A stretch of DNA of 64,000 nt from a virus. Taxonomy: Duplodnaviria; Caudoviricetes. Below the pieces are notes generated by a model. That model saw only the letters and a program-made list of their open reading frames with translations, had not been told where the DNA came from and did not search any database. The stretch covers positions 59,530 to 123,529 of the IMG/VR virus record IMGVR_UViG_3300028591_000117; one strand, written 5' to 3'. The translations under genes and the position numbers were made by a program. Positions 46,403 to 56,319 of the stretch are shown here, in pieces; position 1 is the stretch's first letter, and every line of letters starts with the position of its first letter.

Positions 46403-47866
46403 TTATTCATTATGAGTTTTTCTATATTTCTCTATAACATCATATATTCCAGAGTCTTTAGCTTCTTGAGCAGACATTATACGACCATAAGTTCCATCTT
46501 CTTTTTGATAAATACTATCAGAATAATGACTATAGTTTTCTAAAATATCTGCAGCATTTTCATAAGCTTTTTTAAGAGCTTCGTAACCATATTCATCAGC
46601 TTCCATAGCAAGATGGATTAAGTTATCAATTTCTTCAGCTATTTCTCTATTAAGAGCTTCAAATTTACTTTCATCAGCAGACTCAGTAAGAATTGGTTTA
46701 TTAACAAAGTTTAAAACTGCTTCACGAACTCCTTTAGATTTTAAGAAATCTCTAAGAGCTTTTCTTCTTTCTCTAAGATTATCGAGTTTTTTATCATGAT
46801 ACTTTTTATTACTTTGATTATCTTTTTTAAGTTCCTCAATTTCTTTATCTAGTTCTTTTTGCATCTTAGCTATTTTCTTTTCAAGTTCTTTGTCAGTCAT
46901 ATAACTATCATAAGATAAACTATCCTTAGCATTTTCGATATCATTATTTAATTCATGATATGTATCTAAAGTTTTATTAGTTTCAGGACGACCATTTCTT
47001 CCAAAATATTCAGAGTTATATTCACCATATTCTTGGTCAAAATCATATTTACTACCATGACCATATTGATTTGAATTTGTATCTTTATAAGGTTTTCCTA
47101 AATCAGGTTTAGTTAAATAATTTAGATAATCAATTGTTGCATCTGCTGTATTTTTACTATTATATCTACTTCTATAATAAACATCAGTTTCATGTCCAGC
47201 TCTTCTATCTAGTTTAGTTTCTCTATTCTCTTCTCTAGCATCAGGTAATTCTTCTTTATATTCTTTTCTATAACGTTTGATTGAGTCTTTCAAACTTTGT
47301 ATAGAGTCTTCTTTACGAGCTTGAGCTTTCTTTAAAGAAGTTGTATTAAAATATTTTAAAAGACCTTTATCATCTAAACTTCTTAATGTCTTTAATTCAT
47401 CTCTACACTCTTGTTCAGCTTTTTGAGCTCTTTCAACAGCTCGAGTACTCCAACCATCATTTTCTTTATGTGTATCATTATGTCCAGGTTTTGTAGGTCC
47501 ATATACTTCTTTTGAACTTGCACTTAGTACTTTTCCATTAGAACCTGTAAGAGTAACTCCTTGAGGATTAGAATAATCTATTGTAATACCTTTAGATTTA
47601 AGTACATCTTCATATTTTTTAGCTAAACCTTTACTTCTTAGAACTTGTCCAATAATATTATTTATTTCTTTATTTTCTTGATTTATTTTTTCTGTTAATA
47701 CTCTTTCAGCCTCATTGAATTCGTCTTCAGTCATGATAAACTTAGAACCATCAGAGATTGACTCAAATATTAACTTTTCTTCGTCTCTTTTAGAGAAACG
47801 ATAAATACTTTCGTTAATAGTAAACTTTTTACCTTTAACAAACTTGTCTCCTCTATAAGTTAACAT
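46403..47866 (-). CDS. Putative internal head protein, paralogue of 52369-53244
   Basis: Highly charged, with INES, IFES, VLTE, VREA and ILTES sites. Shares N.EN.E.N.I..Q.L, L.G.NGK.LS and DY.NYL.KP with 52369-53244. Confidence 0.6.
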   Translation of the reverse strand: MLTYRGDKFVKGKKFTINESIYRFSKRDEEKLIFESISDGSKFIMTEDEFNEAERVLTEKINQENKEINNIIGQVLRSKGLAKKYEDVLKSKGITIDYSNPQGVTLTGSNGKVLSASSKEVYGPTKPGHNDTHKENDGWSTRAVERAQKAEQECRDELKTLRSLDDKGLLKYFNTTSLKKAQARKEDSIQSLKDSIKRYRKEYKEELPDAREENRETKLDRRAGHETDVYYRSRYNSKNTADATIDYLNYLTKPDLGKPYKDTNSNQYGHGSKYDFDQEYGEYNSEYFGRNGRPETNKTLDTYHELNNDIENAKDSLSYDSYMTDKELEKKIAKMQKELDKEIEELKKDNQSNKKYHDKKLDNLRERRKALRDFLKSKGVREAVLNFVNKPILTESADESKFEALNREIAEEIDNLIHLAMEADEYGYEALKKAYENAADILENYSHYSDSIYQKEDGTYGRIMSAQEAKDSGIYDVIEKYRKTHNE

Positions 47867-47880
47867 AAACTACCTCCTTC

Positions 47881-48540
47881 TTAAATTACAAAAATTGTAC
47901 CAGTTAATTTACTTTCTAAGTCTTGTTTAGCACTTTGTGCTTCAGAGATTAGTCGTTCACCATCTAACTGGTAAGGTGAACCATCAACTTGAAACTTACT
48001 ACGAATTCTTCCTACAGCTTCTTTTGCTAATGCTAAAGCATAATCTTTTACCCAAGCATAATACTCAGACTCTGGGTCAATATCTGATAAATCTTCAGGT
48101 CTAACTAAAGCTTCAATAACTACTGAACTGCTATAATCATCTAAATATAAATTAGGCTTTATATATTTAAAATTCATGTCTTTAGTATAATTTAACTCAT
48201 TATATAGCATTTTATAACAGGTATATAGTTGTAATCTATCCATCAGTCTAGATGAATAAATCATAATACCATTTCCACCAAATACATATTCTTGTAAAGA
48301 ATAAATATTAGAGTTAGTTGTATTATAAACTTTCAAAATCTCCTTTATTGCTGGAGCGTGGTCAGATAAATCTATTACTTTACCTGTTCCTAAAATATAT
48401 CTTCGTCCATCATAAAATGGAGCTATTTTATCTAAAGTTTGTTTTATTATTGTATTTAATGCTTCATCAGTTAACTCTACTTCAACATAGTCATCACCAA
48501 GCATTGTAGTTACATAGCTTTTTAACTCTTCATTAGGCAT
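47881..48540 (-). CDS. Neck/head-tail adaptor (T4 gp13-like)
   Basis: LG...VEVEL, WVKDYALALAKE..GRIRSKF...LDG..L.SEA. Confidence 0.85.
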   Translation of the reverse strand: MPNEELKSYVTTMLGDDYVEVELTDEALNTIIKQTLDKIAPFYDGRRYILGTGKVIDLSDHAPAIKEILKVYNTTNSNIYSLQEYVFGGNGIMIYSSRLMDRLQLYTCYKMLYNELNYTKDMNFKYIKPNLYLDDYSSSVVIEALVRPEDLSDIDPESEYYAWVKDYALALAKEAVGRIRSKFQVDGSPYQLDGERLISEAQSAKQDLESKLTGTIFVI

Positions 48541-48555
48541 TAACTATCACCTACC

Positions 48556-48975
48556 TTATTTCTTAGAGCTCTTTTTAGTACTCTTCTTTTTAGTTGTTTT
48601 AGAACTTTCTTTTTTAGGTTCATCTAATTCAATAGGTCCATTAGAACCAGAACTTAATATTGATTTAACTTCATTATTACTAATAGCTTCTGTACCACGT
48701 CTATCAATAACATATCGTTTATCATTAAGTAATGAAGCTTCTCTATTATAATCATCTAAATCTAAAATTTTATAAGCTCCATTAGGTTTAGCTCCTATTG
48801 CAATTTCAATTAACATTCTTCTTAGTTGTCTTAAGTTATCTATAGTATCTACATCAGCATTATATAAAAATACTGGTTTATCTTTAGTTATACTAACTTC
48901 TCCTACTTTCTTAACTGTGAACTTAAATTCACCTTCACCTTTGTAGTTAATTAAAACATTATACTTACTATCCAT
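48556..48975 (-). CDS. Hypothetical protein with a basic C-terminal tail
   Basis: 139-aa ORF following the major capsid gene; RBS AAGGAGG. Confidence 0.75.
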   Translation of the reverse strand: MDSKYNVLINYKGEGEFKFTVKKVGEVSITKDKPVFLYNADVDTIDNLRQLRRMLIEIAIGAKPNGAYKILDLDDYNREASLLNDKRYVIDRRGTEAISNNEVKSILSSGSNGPIELDEPKKESSKTTKKKSTKKSSKK

Positions 48976-49039
48976 TGAATATTCCTCCTTAATTTAATAT
49001 ATATTTTACAGTACAGAGTTAAAATACTAACTCTAAAAT

Positions 49040-49073
49040 AATATATAAAAAAAGAACTCATTAAGAGCTCTTT
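49040..49073 (-). terminator. Terminator after the major capsid gene, fused to TTATATATT
   Basis: AAAGAGCTC-TTAAT-GAGTTCTTTTTTT then ATATATT. Confidence 0.8.
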
Positions 49074-49100
49074 AATTTTCATTTAAGTTTAGTAACTAAA

Positions 49101-50459
49101 TTATTCAGTTACATGAGTAATTAAACCATTTACATAGAAATCAGCACTTAGTAACTTTTTAGCATAAGAAGTTGCATAACCTTGAGTACCTAAGAAGTTC
49201 TCACCCATAATGAATTGAGTTGATGTAATAGCCATATAAGGAGCATATACATAACCTCCATCCCAAGGAGTGTCGCCATTGTAACCAACAACGAAATCAT
49301 CTGCACCAAAGTAAGGGTTCTTAACTACTAAGAATTTACCGTTTAAAGTACCAGCAACATGTGGTCCAGCTTCATTTAAGCTTGCAGCAGCTTTGAATTT
49401 TGAATGTGTTTCAAGGATATTAGCAGCATTTTCTCCAACAATTACGAAGTTACCTGTAATTCTACGAGTTTTTGCGTAGATTTTATTAGCAGCTTCAACA
49501 ATTGTTTGATAGAAAGCTTCATAGTGGTCAGCACGTGAAATACCAAATGGAACAGGTTGATTGAAAGATACAGTCATTGTAGTTCCAGAGTTAGCTAAAT
49601 CAGATAAGATTTCTCCATCGATTTCTGAACGAATTTCGTCAGTAGCTGCTCCAGCAATGATTGATTGTAAATCAACATTTTGAGTCATTTGTAAATCATA
49701 AGCTGCATCCAATGAGAAAGCAGTTGCTAATTTACGTGGTCTAGCAGTAACTGTGATATCAGTTACGATTGTTTTGATACGAGGAACTCTAATTGGAGCT
49801 GCATACATATCATGTTCATAATCTGCTTCTAAATCACTACCAGTTAAACCAGAAATTACACCAGTTTCATAATCAATTGTAGCACTACCAATATGTCCTG
49901 CTCCGTCATCAGTATCAGTACCGATTTTAACAGAACCAGGAACTACTGGAGTCCAAGCTAATTTAGCTTTTCCATCTTCAACTACTAAAGCTTCAGCTTC
50001 AACAGTTTCAGAAGTATATTTGAAAGCTGAGTCTAGTTTTTCATTTTCAACATAAACTCTTTCAAATGAACTGATTACGTCACCTTTTTCAATTTTTCCT
50101 TTGTTATCATCAAACACATTCTTTAAGTAGAATACTACTCCTGCTTTTTGCTTAAGAGGTTGAACGTTAACTAAGTCTTCAGCAACTAATGTAGGCATAA
50201 CTGCAGAAATAAGATTTAAATAATCATTTTTCTTAGCAATATCACCAACTTGAGTACCTTGAGCTTCAGTTAATTTAGCACGTACATCAAAAGCGTGAGA
50301 TACGTTTTCAAGCATAACAGCTAAATTAGATTTTTTGAAATCATCAAGTTCTCTACCATAGTTAGCATTTTCTTTAAGAGCTTTGTTAACAGCACTTATC
50401 ATACGGCTATGTTTTCTAAGTAAATGTTCATTCTCTGTTAAATATTCTCTAACTTGCAT
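49101..50459 (-). CDS. Major capsid protein (T4 gp23-like)
   Basis: VMPTLVAEDLVNVQPL, VTARPRKL, EIRSEIDGEI, GYVYAPY. Start moved to ATG 50459 (RBS AAGGAGG). Propeptide has LTE/LKE/MLE/LTE-A sites. Confidence 0.95.
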   Translation of the reverse strand: MQVREYLTENEHLLRKHSRMISAVNKALKENANYGRELDDFKKSNLAVMLENVSHAFDVRAKLTEAQGTQVGDIAKKNDYLNLISAVMPTLVAEDLVNVQPLKQKAGVVFYLKNVFDDNKGKIEKGDVISSFERVYVENEKLDSAFKYTSETVEAEALVVEDGKAKLAWTPVVPGSVKIGTDTDDGAGHIGSATIDYETGVISGLTGSDLEADYEHDMYAAPIRVPRIKTIVTDITVTARPRKLATAFSLDAAYDLQMTQNVDLQSIIAGAATDEIRSEIDGEILSDLANSGTTMTVSFNQPVPFGISRADHYEAFYQTIVEAANKIYAKTRRITGNFVIVGENAANILETHSKFKAAASLNEAGPHVAGTLNGKFLVVKNPYFGADDFVVGYNGDTPWDGGYVYAPYMAITSTQFIMGENFLGTQGYATSYAKKLLSADFYVNGLITHVTE

Positions 50460-50599
50460 GAACTTTTCCTCCTTCGTCAAATTTGTATTACATTTTTTAT
50501 TTAATAACTCATAAATAATTGTAACCCAATAGACAATATTTCTATGTTTTATTAAATAGTCTAATACTCGAAAAGTTTATTTTTTAACTTTTCATTATT

Positions 50600-50608
50600 T
50601 ATATATAA
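50600..50608 (-). promoter_or_regulatory. TTATATATA late-promoter-like motif upstream of the capsid gene (~140-nt leader)
   Basis: Same motif as at the other structural-unit junctions. Confidence 0.5.
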
Positions 50609-50668
50609 ACAATTTGCATTTTTCTTGGAAATACTTGGAAATTAAAAAGAACCAGAAATTGGTATTAT

Positions 50669-52354
50669 CTAGTTCTTTTTCTTTCTTCCAGATTTAACTG
50701 TACCGATTACACCATCTATATTATTATCTTTTTTATATTTCTCAGCTTCTTCTTTAGTTTCAAAGTACTTTGCTTCATCTTTTTTATTTACCCATTCAGT
50801 TTTATTTTTATAATATAAAGGAGACGTATTTGTTCTAGTTTTATAAATCAAATAATACTCTTTATTAGCTTCATTTCTTCCTTTATTACTAGCTTCATTT
50901 AATTTAATACTTTCATTAATTAAAGATTTTATAGTTTTATTCATTATACTTTCTTTAATTTTTGATTGGTCTACCATTTTATTAAGACTTACTTTAGCTT
51001 TGTCACTTAATAGTTCATAACATTGATTTAATGTCATATTACCTTTTTCTATCTGGTCTTTATACCAAGTTAATACAGTTTTAAATACTTTCTGGTCAGA
51101 CATTGCTGCTTCAGTCATAGGTCTTGTTTCTGTTGTTTTATTTTCTTCAGGTATTTCATTATCTAAAATATATTGATAAACTTCTCTTGCACTAGCTTCA
51201 TCACCATAAAAGTCCTCTTCTTCATACTCAGGTTGAACATTAGCTTCATTATATCTAAATACAGTTTCATGTACAATGTCTTCTATATCAGATAATGATT
51301 TCTTTCTCCAATCAACACCTAATTGGTCTGATAAAGCATCATGACACATATCAAGTGCAGCCATATTGCAGTAACTCATAGTATGTCTTTTCTTTTCAAC
51401 TGGTCTCTCTCCTGAATAATCTGTATATGTTTCAAAGTCACTTTCAGTAATTTTCATATCTCTTTTTCTAGCTTTTTCCATAATATTTCTAATATCTGCT
51501 TCAGTATAATCATCTTCATAGATTGTATCTAAAGCTTCTCTTTTATTATGTAAACCATGATATTTTTGTACTTCATCACATATTTCAGATAAATCATAAC
51601 CGGCTATTTCTACTTCTCCTGGAGTAGGTAAAGCATTTTTATGATAATAATTTTTTAAAGCTCTTTTTACATTGTCTGAATTTCCCATTTTGTATTTTTT
51701 AAATGAGTCTAAATCAAATGATTTACCATTTAATATTGCATCATCTAATTCATCTTCAGACATCATAGCATCTTCTTTTAAACTAGTTTTATAACCTTCA
51801 AGAATATTTTTTACTTTATCATCACTATTATTATCTATTTCAGGTTGAACACTTTCAACTATCATATTTAGTCTTGCAGCTTCACATGAAGGTCTAGCAA
51901 CAAAGTCAAATGTAACAAATTGATAGTCTGGGTCTACTATATTATTAGGTCCAACTGAACCAGCACCACGAGAGCTAATACCAATATCAGTTCCATAATC
52001 TATTAACTCAGAAACTATTTTACCTGATGGAGTTGGTAGTATATCTATAGTACCCATTACACTATCACCTTCAATCCACATGTCGTTGATAACATGTGAT
52101 ACATTTTGAAGTGATATTTCTAGTCTTTCTTCTGGATGGTCAAGCTCTCCAACAAGACCATGACTTTCTATCATTTCCTTTACATAATCAGAATTAAGCA
52201 CATTTTCCCATAATTCTTTTGGATATATTCTACCATTTCTATTAGTTTTAAAATCAGATAGAACTCCTTGAATTCTTTTAAGAACATTAGCTGGCTTGTG
52301 CTCTAAAACTTTAAACTTAGACTTAGTAGACTCTGTTAATATATTTTTAGCCAT
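50669..52354 (-). CDS. Prohead protease (T4 gp21-like) with a ~370-aa C-terminal extension
   Basis: NRNGRIYP, GELDHP, SHVI, TPSG.I, GISSRGAGS, TFDFVARPS. Confidence 0.92.
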   Translation of the reverse strand: MAKNILTESTKSKFKVLEHKPANVLKRIQGVLSDFKTNRNGRIYPKELWENVLNSDYVKEMIESHGLVGELDHPEERLEISLQNVSHVINDMWIEGDSVMGTIDILPTPSGKIVSELIDYGTDIGISSRGAGSVGPNNIVDPDYQFVTFDFVARPSCEAARLNMIVESVQPEIDNNSDDKVKNILEGYKTSLKEDAMMSEDELDDAILNGKSFDLDSFKKYKMGNSDNVKRALKNYYHKNALPTPGEVEIAGYDLSEICDEVQKYHGLHNKREALDTIYEDDYTEADIRNIMEKARKRDMKITESDFETYTDYSGERPVEKKRHTMSYCNMAALDMCHDALSDQLGVDWRKKSLSDIEDIVHETVFRYNEANVQPEYEEEDFYGDEASAREVYQYILDNEIPEENKTTETRPMTEAAMSDQKVFKTVLTWYKDQIEKGNMTLNQCYELLSDKAKVSLNKMVDQSKIKESIMNKTIKSLINESIKLNEASNKGRNEANKEYYLIYKTRTNTSPLYYKNKTEWVNKKDEAKYFETKEEAEKYKKDNNIDGVIGTVKSGRKKKN

Positions 52355-52368
52355 ATCAATCTACCTCC

Positions 52369-53244
52369 TTACTTAGTTAATATTTTTTCAATTTGTGTAA
52401 GTTCTTCTTTAGTTATGTCTAACCACTTAGTTTCTCCAGTAGTTCCAGTTATTTTTAATCTATAAATATCATCATTCAAATCAAGTTTATTAAACTCATA
52501 TCTACGATATTCCATAACAGATGGGTTTTCTACAGACTCTTTAAAATTTTTAGAATGAAGTTGTTTAAGCTCTCTATTAGTTTTATCTAGTTTCTTCTTT
52601 GCTTCATCATAACCAGCAAGTTCATCTTCAAGTTCTTCTCTATCTTTATTTAATTTAACATACTTACGAGGTCTTCTATTTAATGATTTTTCCTCTGGAG
52701 TTAATGCTTCATCAGGTAAATTATAACCTGTTTTACCTTTATTATCATTCCATTTTTTAGCTTTATTAGCATTATCAGTTTCTTCTTGATAATCATTTGC
52801 AGGTTTATGTAAATAATTATAATAGTCGAATGACTTAGCTCTATCTCCAGTAAAATCTATACGGTCCATATTATTATAATTTTTACTATGGCGATTTTTA
52901 AACTCTAGTTCTTTTTTATAATGTTTTTCACTACTTCCACCAGTATGCCAAATATTATTTCCATCTGGGTCAACACTCAATTGCTTACCGTTAGGACCAT
53001 TAAGATAAATAGTACTTCCATACATTAAATCATCTTCATCACCATATTTATCATATTCATAATTTAAATCACTAGCACTAATTCCCATCTTTTTTAGAGC
53101 TTCTCTATTTTTTCGTAAGCTCTTAGGACCTTTTAAAGCTTGTCTAATTATTTTATTTTTCTCTTCATTTTCTGGATTAAAAGCTTCATTTACTAAGTTA
53201 TTTATAATATTATTATCTACTCTATTAGTTTCAATTAGTCTCAT
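52369..53244 (-). CDS. Putative internal head protein with leader
   Basis: MRLIETNRVDNNIINNLVNE-A leader; paralogue of 46403-47866. Confidence 0.65.
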   Translation of the reverse strand: MRLIETNRVDNNIINNLVNEAFNPENEEKNKIIRQALKGPKSLRKNREALKKMGISASDLNYEYDKYGDEDDLMYGSTIYLNGPNGKQLSVDPDGNNIWHTGGSSEKHYKKELEFKNRHSKNYNNMDRIDFTGDRAKSFDYYNYLHKPANDYQEETDNANKAKKWNDNKGKTGYNLPDEALTPEEKSLNRRPRKYVKLNKDREELEDELAGYDEAKKKLDKTNRELKQLHSKNFKESVENPSVMEYRRYEFNKLDLNDDIYRLKITGTTGETKWLDITKEELTQIEKILTK

Positions 53245-53717
53245 TATTCACCATCTCCTTCATCTTCAAAAGATTGAATTGTTTTTACATTAACTCTTTT
53301 AGCTTTATAGTACTCTAAGTTCTCAATTAACTCTTCTTCTCCAAAACATTTAAGTAACATAAAACCAGTATATTCTATTTTACCATTTTCAGCTTTAACA
53401 CATCTAAATTCGAATACTTCTCCTTCTTCAAATGCTTTAGTTGCTCTAGCAAAACGTTCATCTTGTTTCTTATCGAACTCTTCGTCTTCTCCTCTATTCC
53501 AACCGTCATTATAACCATTGTCATAGTCTTCAGGTCTTTCATTATCATAAGAAACTTCTATTTTATATATGTTTGAACCTTCTTCTGAAGAGTAATCAAC
53601 TTCATTTAATTTAACATATACATCTTTACCTTGAATAACATCCCAATATATATCTTCATAAATACTATTAGACTCACTCAAGTATTTCATTATTTTCTGA
53701 CTTTCATTAAGTTTCAT
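53244..53717 (-). CDS. Putative internal head protein with leader (acidic)
   Basis: Start moved to ATG 53717 (RBS AGGAGG): MKLNESQKIMKYLSE-S. Confidence 0.7.
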   Translation of the reverse strand: MKLNESQKIMKYLSESNSIYEDIYWDVIQGKDVYVKLNEVDYSSEEGSNIYKIEVSYDNERPEDYDNGYNDGWNRGEDEEFDKKQDERFARATKAFEEGEVFEFRCVKAENGKIEYTGFMLLKCFGEEELIENLEYYKAKRVNVKTIQSFEDEGDGE

Positions 53718-53730
53718 ATTTTTCCTCCTA

Positions 53731-54399
53731 TTATTTAATTGGATTAAGCGCTTTTGCTGTTTGTCTTTGTTTATTAGCAACTTCTTTTTTATGCTCTTCA
53801 GAAATTTTAAAAGCCTCATCTATAAACTTTCTACGTATCTCTTCACATTTATCTACACAAGCACTGATAATTTGATGCTTTACTGATAATAGTTTTAAAG
53901 ACATGTCTTTTAGTTTATCTACCGTTTCAGTATCTTTTTCTTCCTCAGCATCTCTAATTACTTCTGGTAATGAAGTAATATCATTTGAACCAAGTACTAG
54001 GTCATAATCAGCCTGACCATCAGGAAGTAACATTACTGAAATTCTATGGTCAAAACCTAACATTCCAGATTTATCATAAGTTATGAACATTGGTCCATAA
54101 ACTTTAATCTCTAAATTATCAACTTCACCAGTATATAAAATTTCACCAACATCAGGATAAGCAAAACCTAGGTCATCATCAACAAGATAGTCTTGAACTA
54201 ACGGACTTTTTATTTTATATAATCTATATAATGGTTGTGCTATATCACTATCTCCTTCATCAAAGTAGCTAAAAGCTATATCATCTAAGTTATTTTGTAA
54301 ATCTTTTAAAGCTTTAATTACTTTATCTGTTGATACTCCTCCTACTTCATAAGTTTCTTTAATATTTCTTAGTATACTTTCACTTAAATTCATTTTCAT
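53731..54399 (-). CDS. Putative internal head protein with leader
   Basis: MKMNLSESILRNIKE-T. Confidence 0.7.
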   Translation of the reverse strand: MKMNLSESILRNIKETYEVGGVSTDKVIKALKDLQNNLDDIAFSYFDEGDSDIAQPLYRLYKIKSPLVQDYLVDDDLGFAYPDVGEILYTGEVDNLEIKVYGPMFITYDKSGMLGFDHRISVMLLPDGQADYDLVLGSNDITSLPEVIRDAEEEKDTETVDKLKDMSLKLLSVKHQIISACVDKCEEIRRKFIDEAFKISEEHKKEVANKQRQTAKALNPIK

Positions 54400-54415
54400 T
54401 TTAAATTCCTCCTAC

Positions 54416-54784
54416 CTATTCCATATTTTTGTATACAAAACTATCTATATCTCTTAAAAGTTCATCTAACTTATTTATTAGTTCATCTTCAGTATATAGA
54501 TATATAACTTTTTCTTTTAAAAATGGTTTATCTTCTTCATACTCATCTTCAGTATGTTTTATCTTTTCCCATTCATCTTTACTATATAACTTTCCTTTAT
54601 ATAGTACTGAGCCTTCTCCATAATTTTTACCATTATAAATAGCTCTTCTCCAACAAATAATATCATATAAAGAACATAACATATTATTTGCATTTAAATA
54701 TAATTCCATTTGTCTTTTGTCTGCTGTTTCTATTTTATATCTAGTTTCAGCTTTCTCAAAAGAGTAATCTTCAAATTCTTCCAT
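54416..54784 (-). CDS. Hypothetical protein without the leader motif
   Basis: ATG 54784 after AGAGG. Confidence 0.7.
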   Translation of the reverse strand: MEEFEDYSFEKAETRYKIETADKRQMELYLNANNMLCSLYDIICWRRAIYNGKNYGEGSVLYKGKLYSKDEWEKIKHTEDEYEEDKPFLKEKVIYLYTEDELINKLDELLRDIDSFVYKNME

Positions 54785-54800
54785 AAACAATACCTCTAAA

Positions 54801-55526
54801 TTAATATAAATCTATAGCTCCATCTGAAGTATATGTATAGTCATAGCTTAAGTCTCTACCTAAAGCATCATAATCAAAATATTGCTCTATAAAGTCTTCA
54901 TTTCCATCACTTACATAACTATCTATCATTACATCTGCTTCTTCTTCGGCTCCACCATATTCTTCTAGTTCTTCTTCAGAATATGTAGACTCTATCATAT
55001 CTATAACAGCTTGTCTATCAATGTAATTTTCTTTATTAGATACTCCTTCAAAACCAACCATATCTACATAAGCTTCACCTAATCCTGCATCATCAGAAAC
55101 TCCAGGAAACCATATATAGTCTCCTCTTTCAAGAACATCTATATATTCATCAACAGTACTATACATTCCTGTTTCCATAGCATTCTTTAAAAGCTCTTTA
55201 TCTTCAAATTCATTATATCTAATTAATTCTTGTAATTTTTCTGGAGCATTATCATACTCAGATACTTCTATAGGACAGTTATCAACATCATTTATAAATG
55301 GTTCATCTTCAGCATATTTCTTACAAAATTCTAAACCTTGTTCTGGAGTCATCCAACCATCTTTAATTCCATAAGCTTCTAAATCTGCACCATACTCATT
55401 ATAATTTTTCCAAGTATTCATATATACCATTATATTATCTGAACTGCTTTCATCTTCTTTAAGTAATCTATGAGGTTTTATAAATGACTCTTTAAGGTTT
55501 CTTTGTATACTGTTAAATATACTCAT
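54801..55526 (-). CDS. ardA: ArdA-like antirestriction DNA-mimic protein with an N-terminal leader
   Basis: VY..TW..YNE.G.....GW, FIND....EVSEY and YFDYDALGRDL; very acidic. Confidence 0.82.
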   Translation of the reverse strand: MSIFNSIQRNLKESFIKPHRLLKEDESSSDNIMVYMNTWKNYNEYGADLEAYGIKDGWMTPEQGLEFCKKYAEDEPFINDVDNCPIEVSEYDNAPEKLQELIRYNEFEDKELLKNAMETGMYSTVDEYIDVLERGDYIWFPGVSDDAGLGEAYVDMVGFEGVSNKENYIDRQAVIDMIESTYSEEELEEYGGAEEEADVMIDSYVSDGNEDFIEQYFDYDALGRDLSYDYTYTSDGAIDLY

Positions 55527-55537
55527 ATTTACACCTC

Positions 55538-56308
55538 CTATTTCTTTATATTTATATCACTAACTCTAGCAATTACATTATTATTTAAAGTAACTACTAA
55601 GTAATTATCTTCACTAGCAGCTAGCTTCATTTGTCTTGAGTTTAATCTTGTTGTATTATAAGTAAGACCAGTAAGTTCATTTAAATAAGAACAAGCTTCA
55701 CTAACTGATTTATTTAATAGTTCATTTTTTAAATTATCTGCATCAACTACTTCTGTAGTTTCAGGTACTTCATCAGGAGTTGTTGTTTCCATCTCAGCTT
55801 TTCCACGAGTTTCTTCTTCAATATATCTCTTAACTTCTCCTATAGATTTAAATTCAAGGTCAGTAAAACCATTACCAATATCTACATCCCAATATGAATA
55901 ATCTGGAGTAAATGAATGATATATTGTTTTACAATTATCAGGTGAATAGCCATCAGTTGTAGGAGCATCACTAGCCCACATTCCATTAGCACATCCTGAA
56001 GCTCCAACTTTAAAACAACAATATTTATCAAAACCAAGTTTTATTGCTTGTTGTAAAAATGCTTTCATTTGTTTTAATTTACTTATAGACAAATACTCAG
56101 GCCACCAGTCAAATATAGCTAATTCATTATAAATATTATCTATTCTCCATCTAGCTCCTGGATAAGCATTACTTAATAGCTTATCTATATTAGCTATTAC
56201 ATTTGCAGGAACAGAGTTAGAATAATCTTTATTTCCTTTAGCTTCATTTAATTTCTTTATTTTATTATCTTGAGAAATACTCTCAAATATTTTAGCACTT
56301 ATATTCAT
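55538..56308 (-). CDS. Leader-bearing protein of unknown function
   Basis: MNISAKIFES...KKLNE-A leader; conserved-looking core CFKVGASGCANGMWA...DGYSP...SF....YW. Confidence 0.75.
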   Translation of the reverse strand: MNISAKIFESISQDNKIKKLNEAKGNKDYSNSVPANVIANIDKLLSNAYPGARWRIDNIYNELAIFDWWPEYLSISKLKQMKAFLQQAIKLGFDKYCCFKVGASGCANGMWASDAPTTDGYSPDNCKTIYHSFTPDYSYWDVDIGNGFTDLEFKSIGEVKRYIEEETRGKAEMETTTPDEVPETTEVVDADNLKNELLNKSVSEACSYLNELTGLTYNTTRLNSRQMKLAASEDNYLVVTLNNNVIARVSDINIKK

Positions 56309-56319
56309 ATTTATACCTC

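Noticed and set aside
14029-54623. Plus-strand ORFs in the track (14029, 15108, 22534, 28345, 37778, 43112, 48318, 54429)
   Set aside because: Each lies antisense to well-supported minus-strand genes. The longest (22534-23109) is the mirror of the 11-residue repeat.
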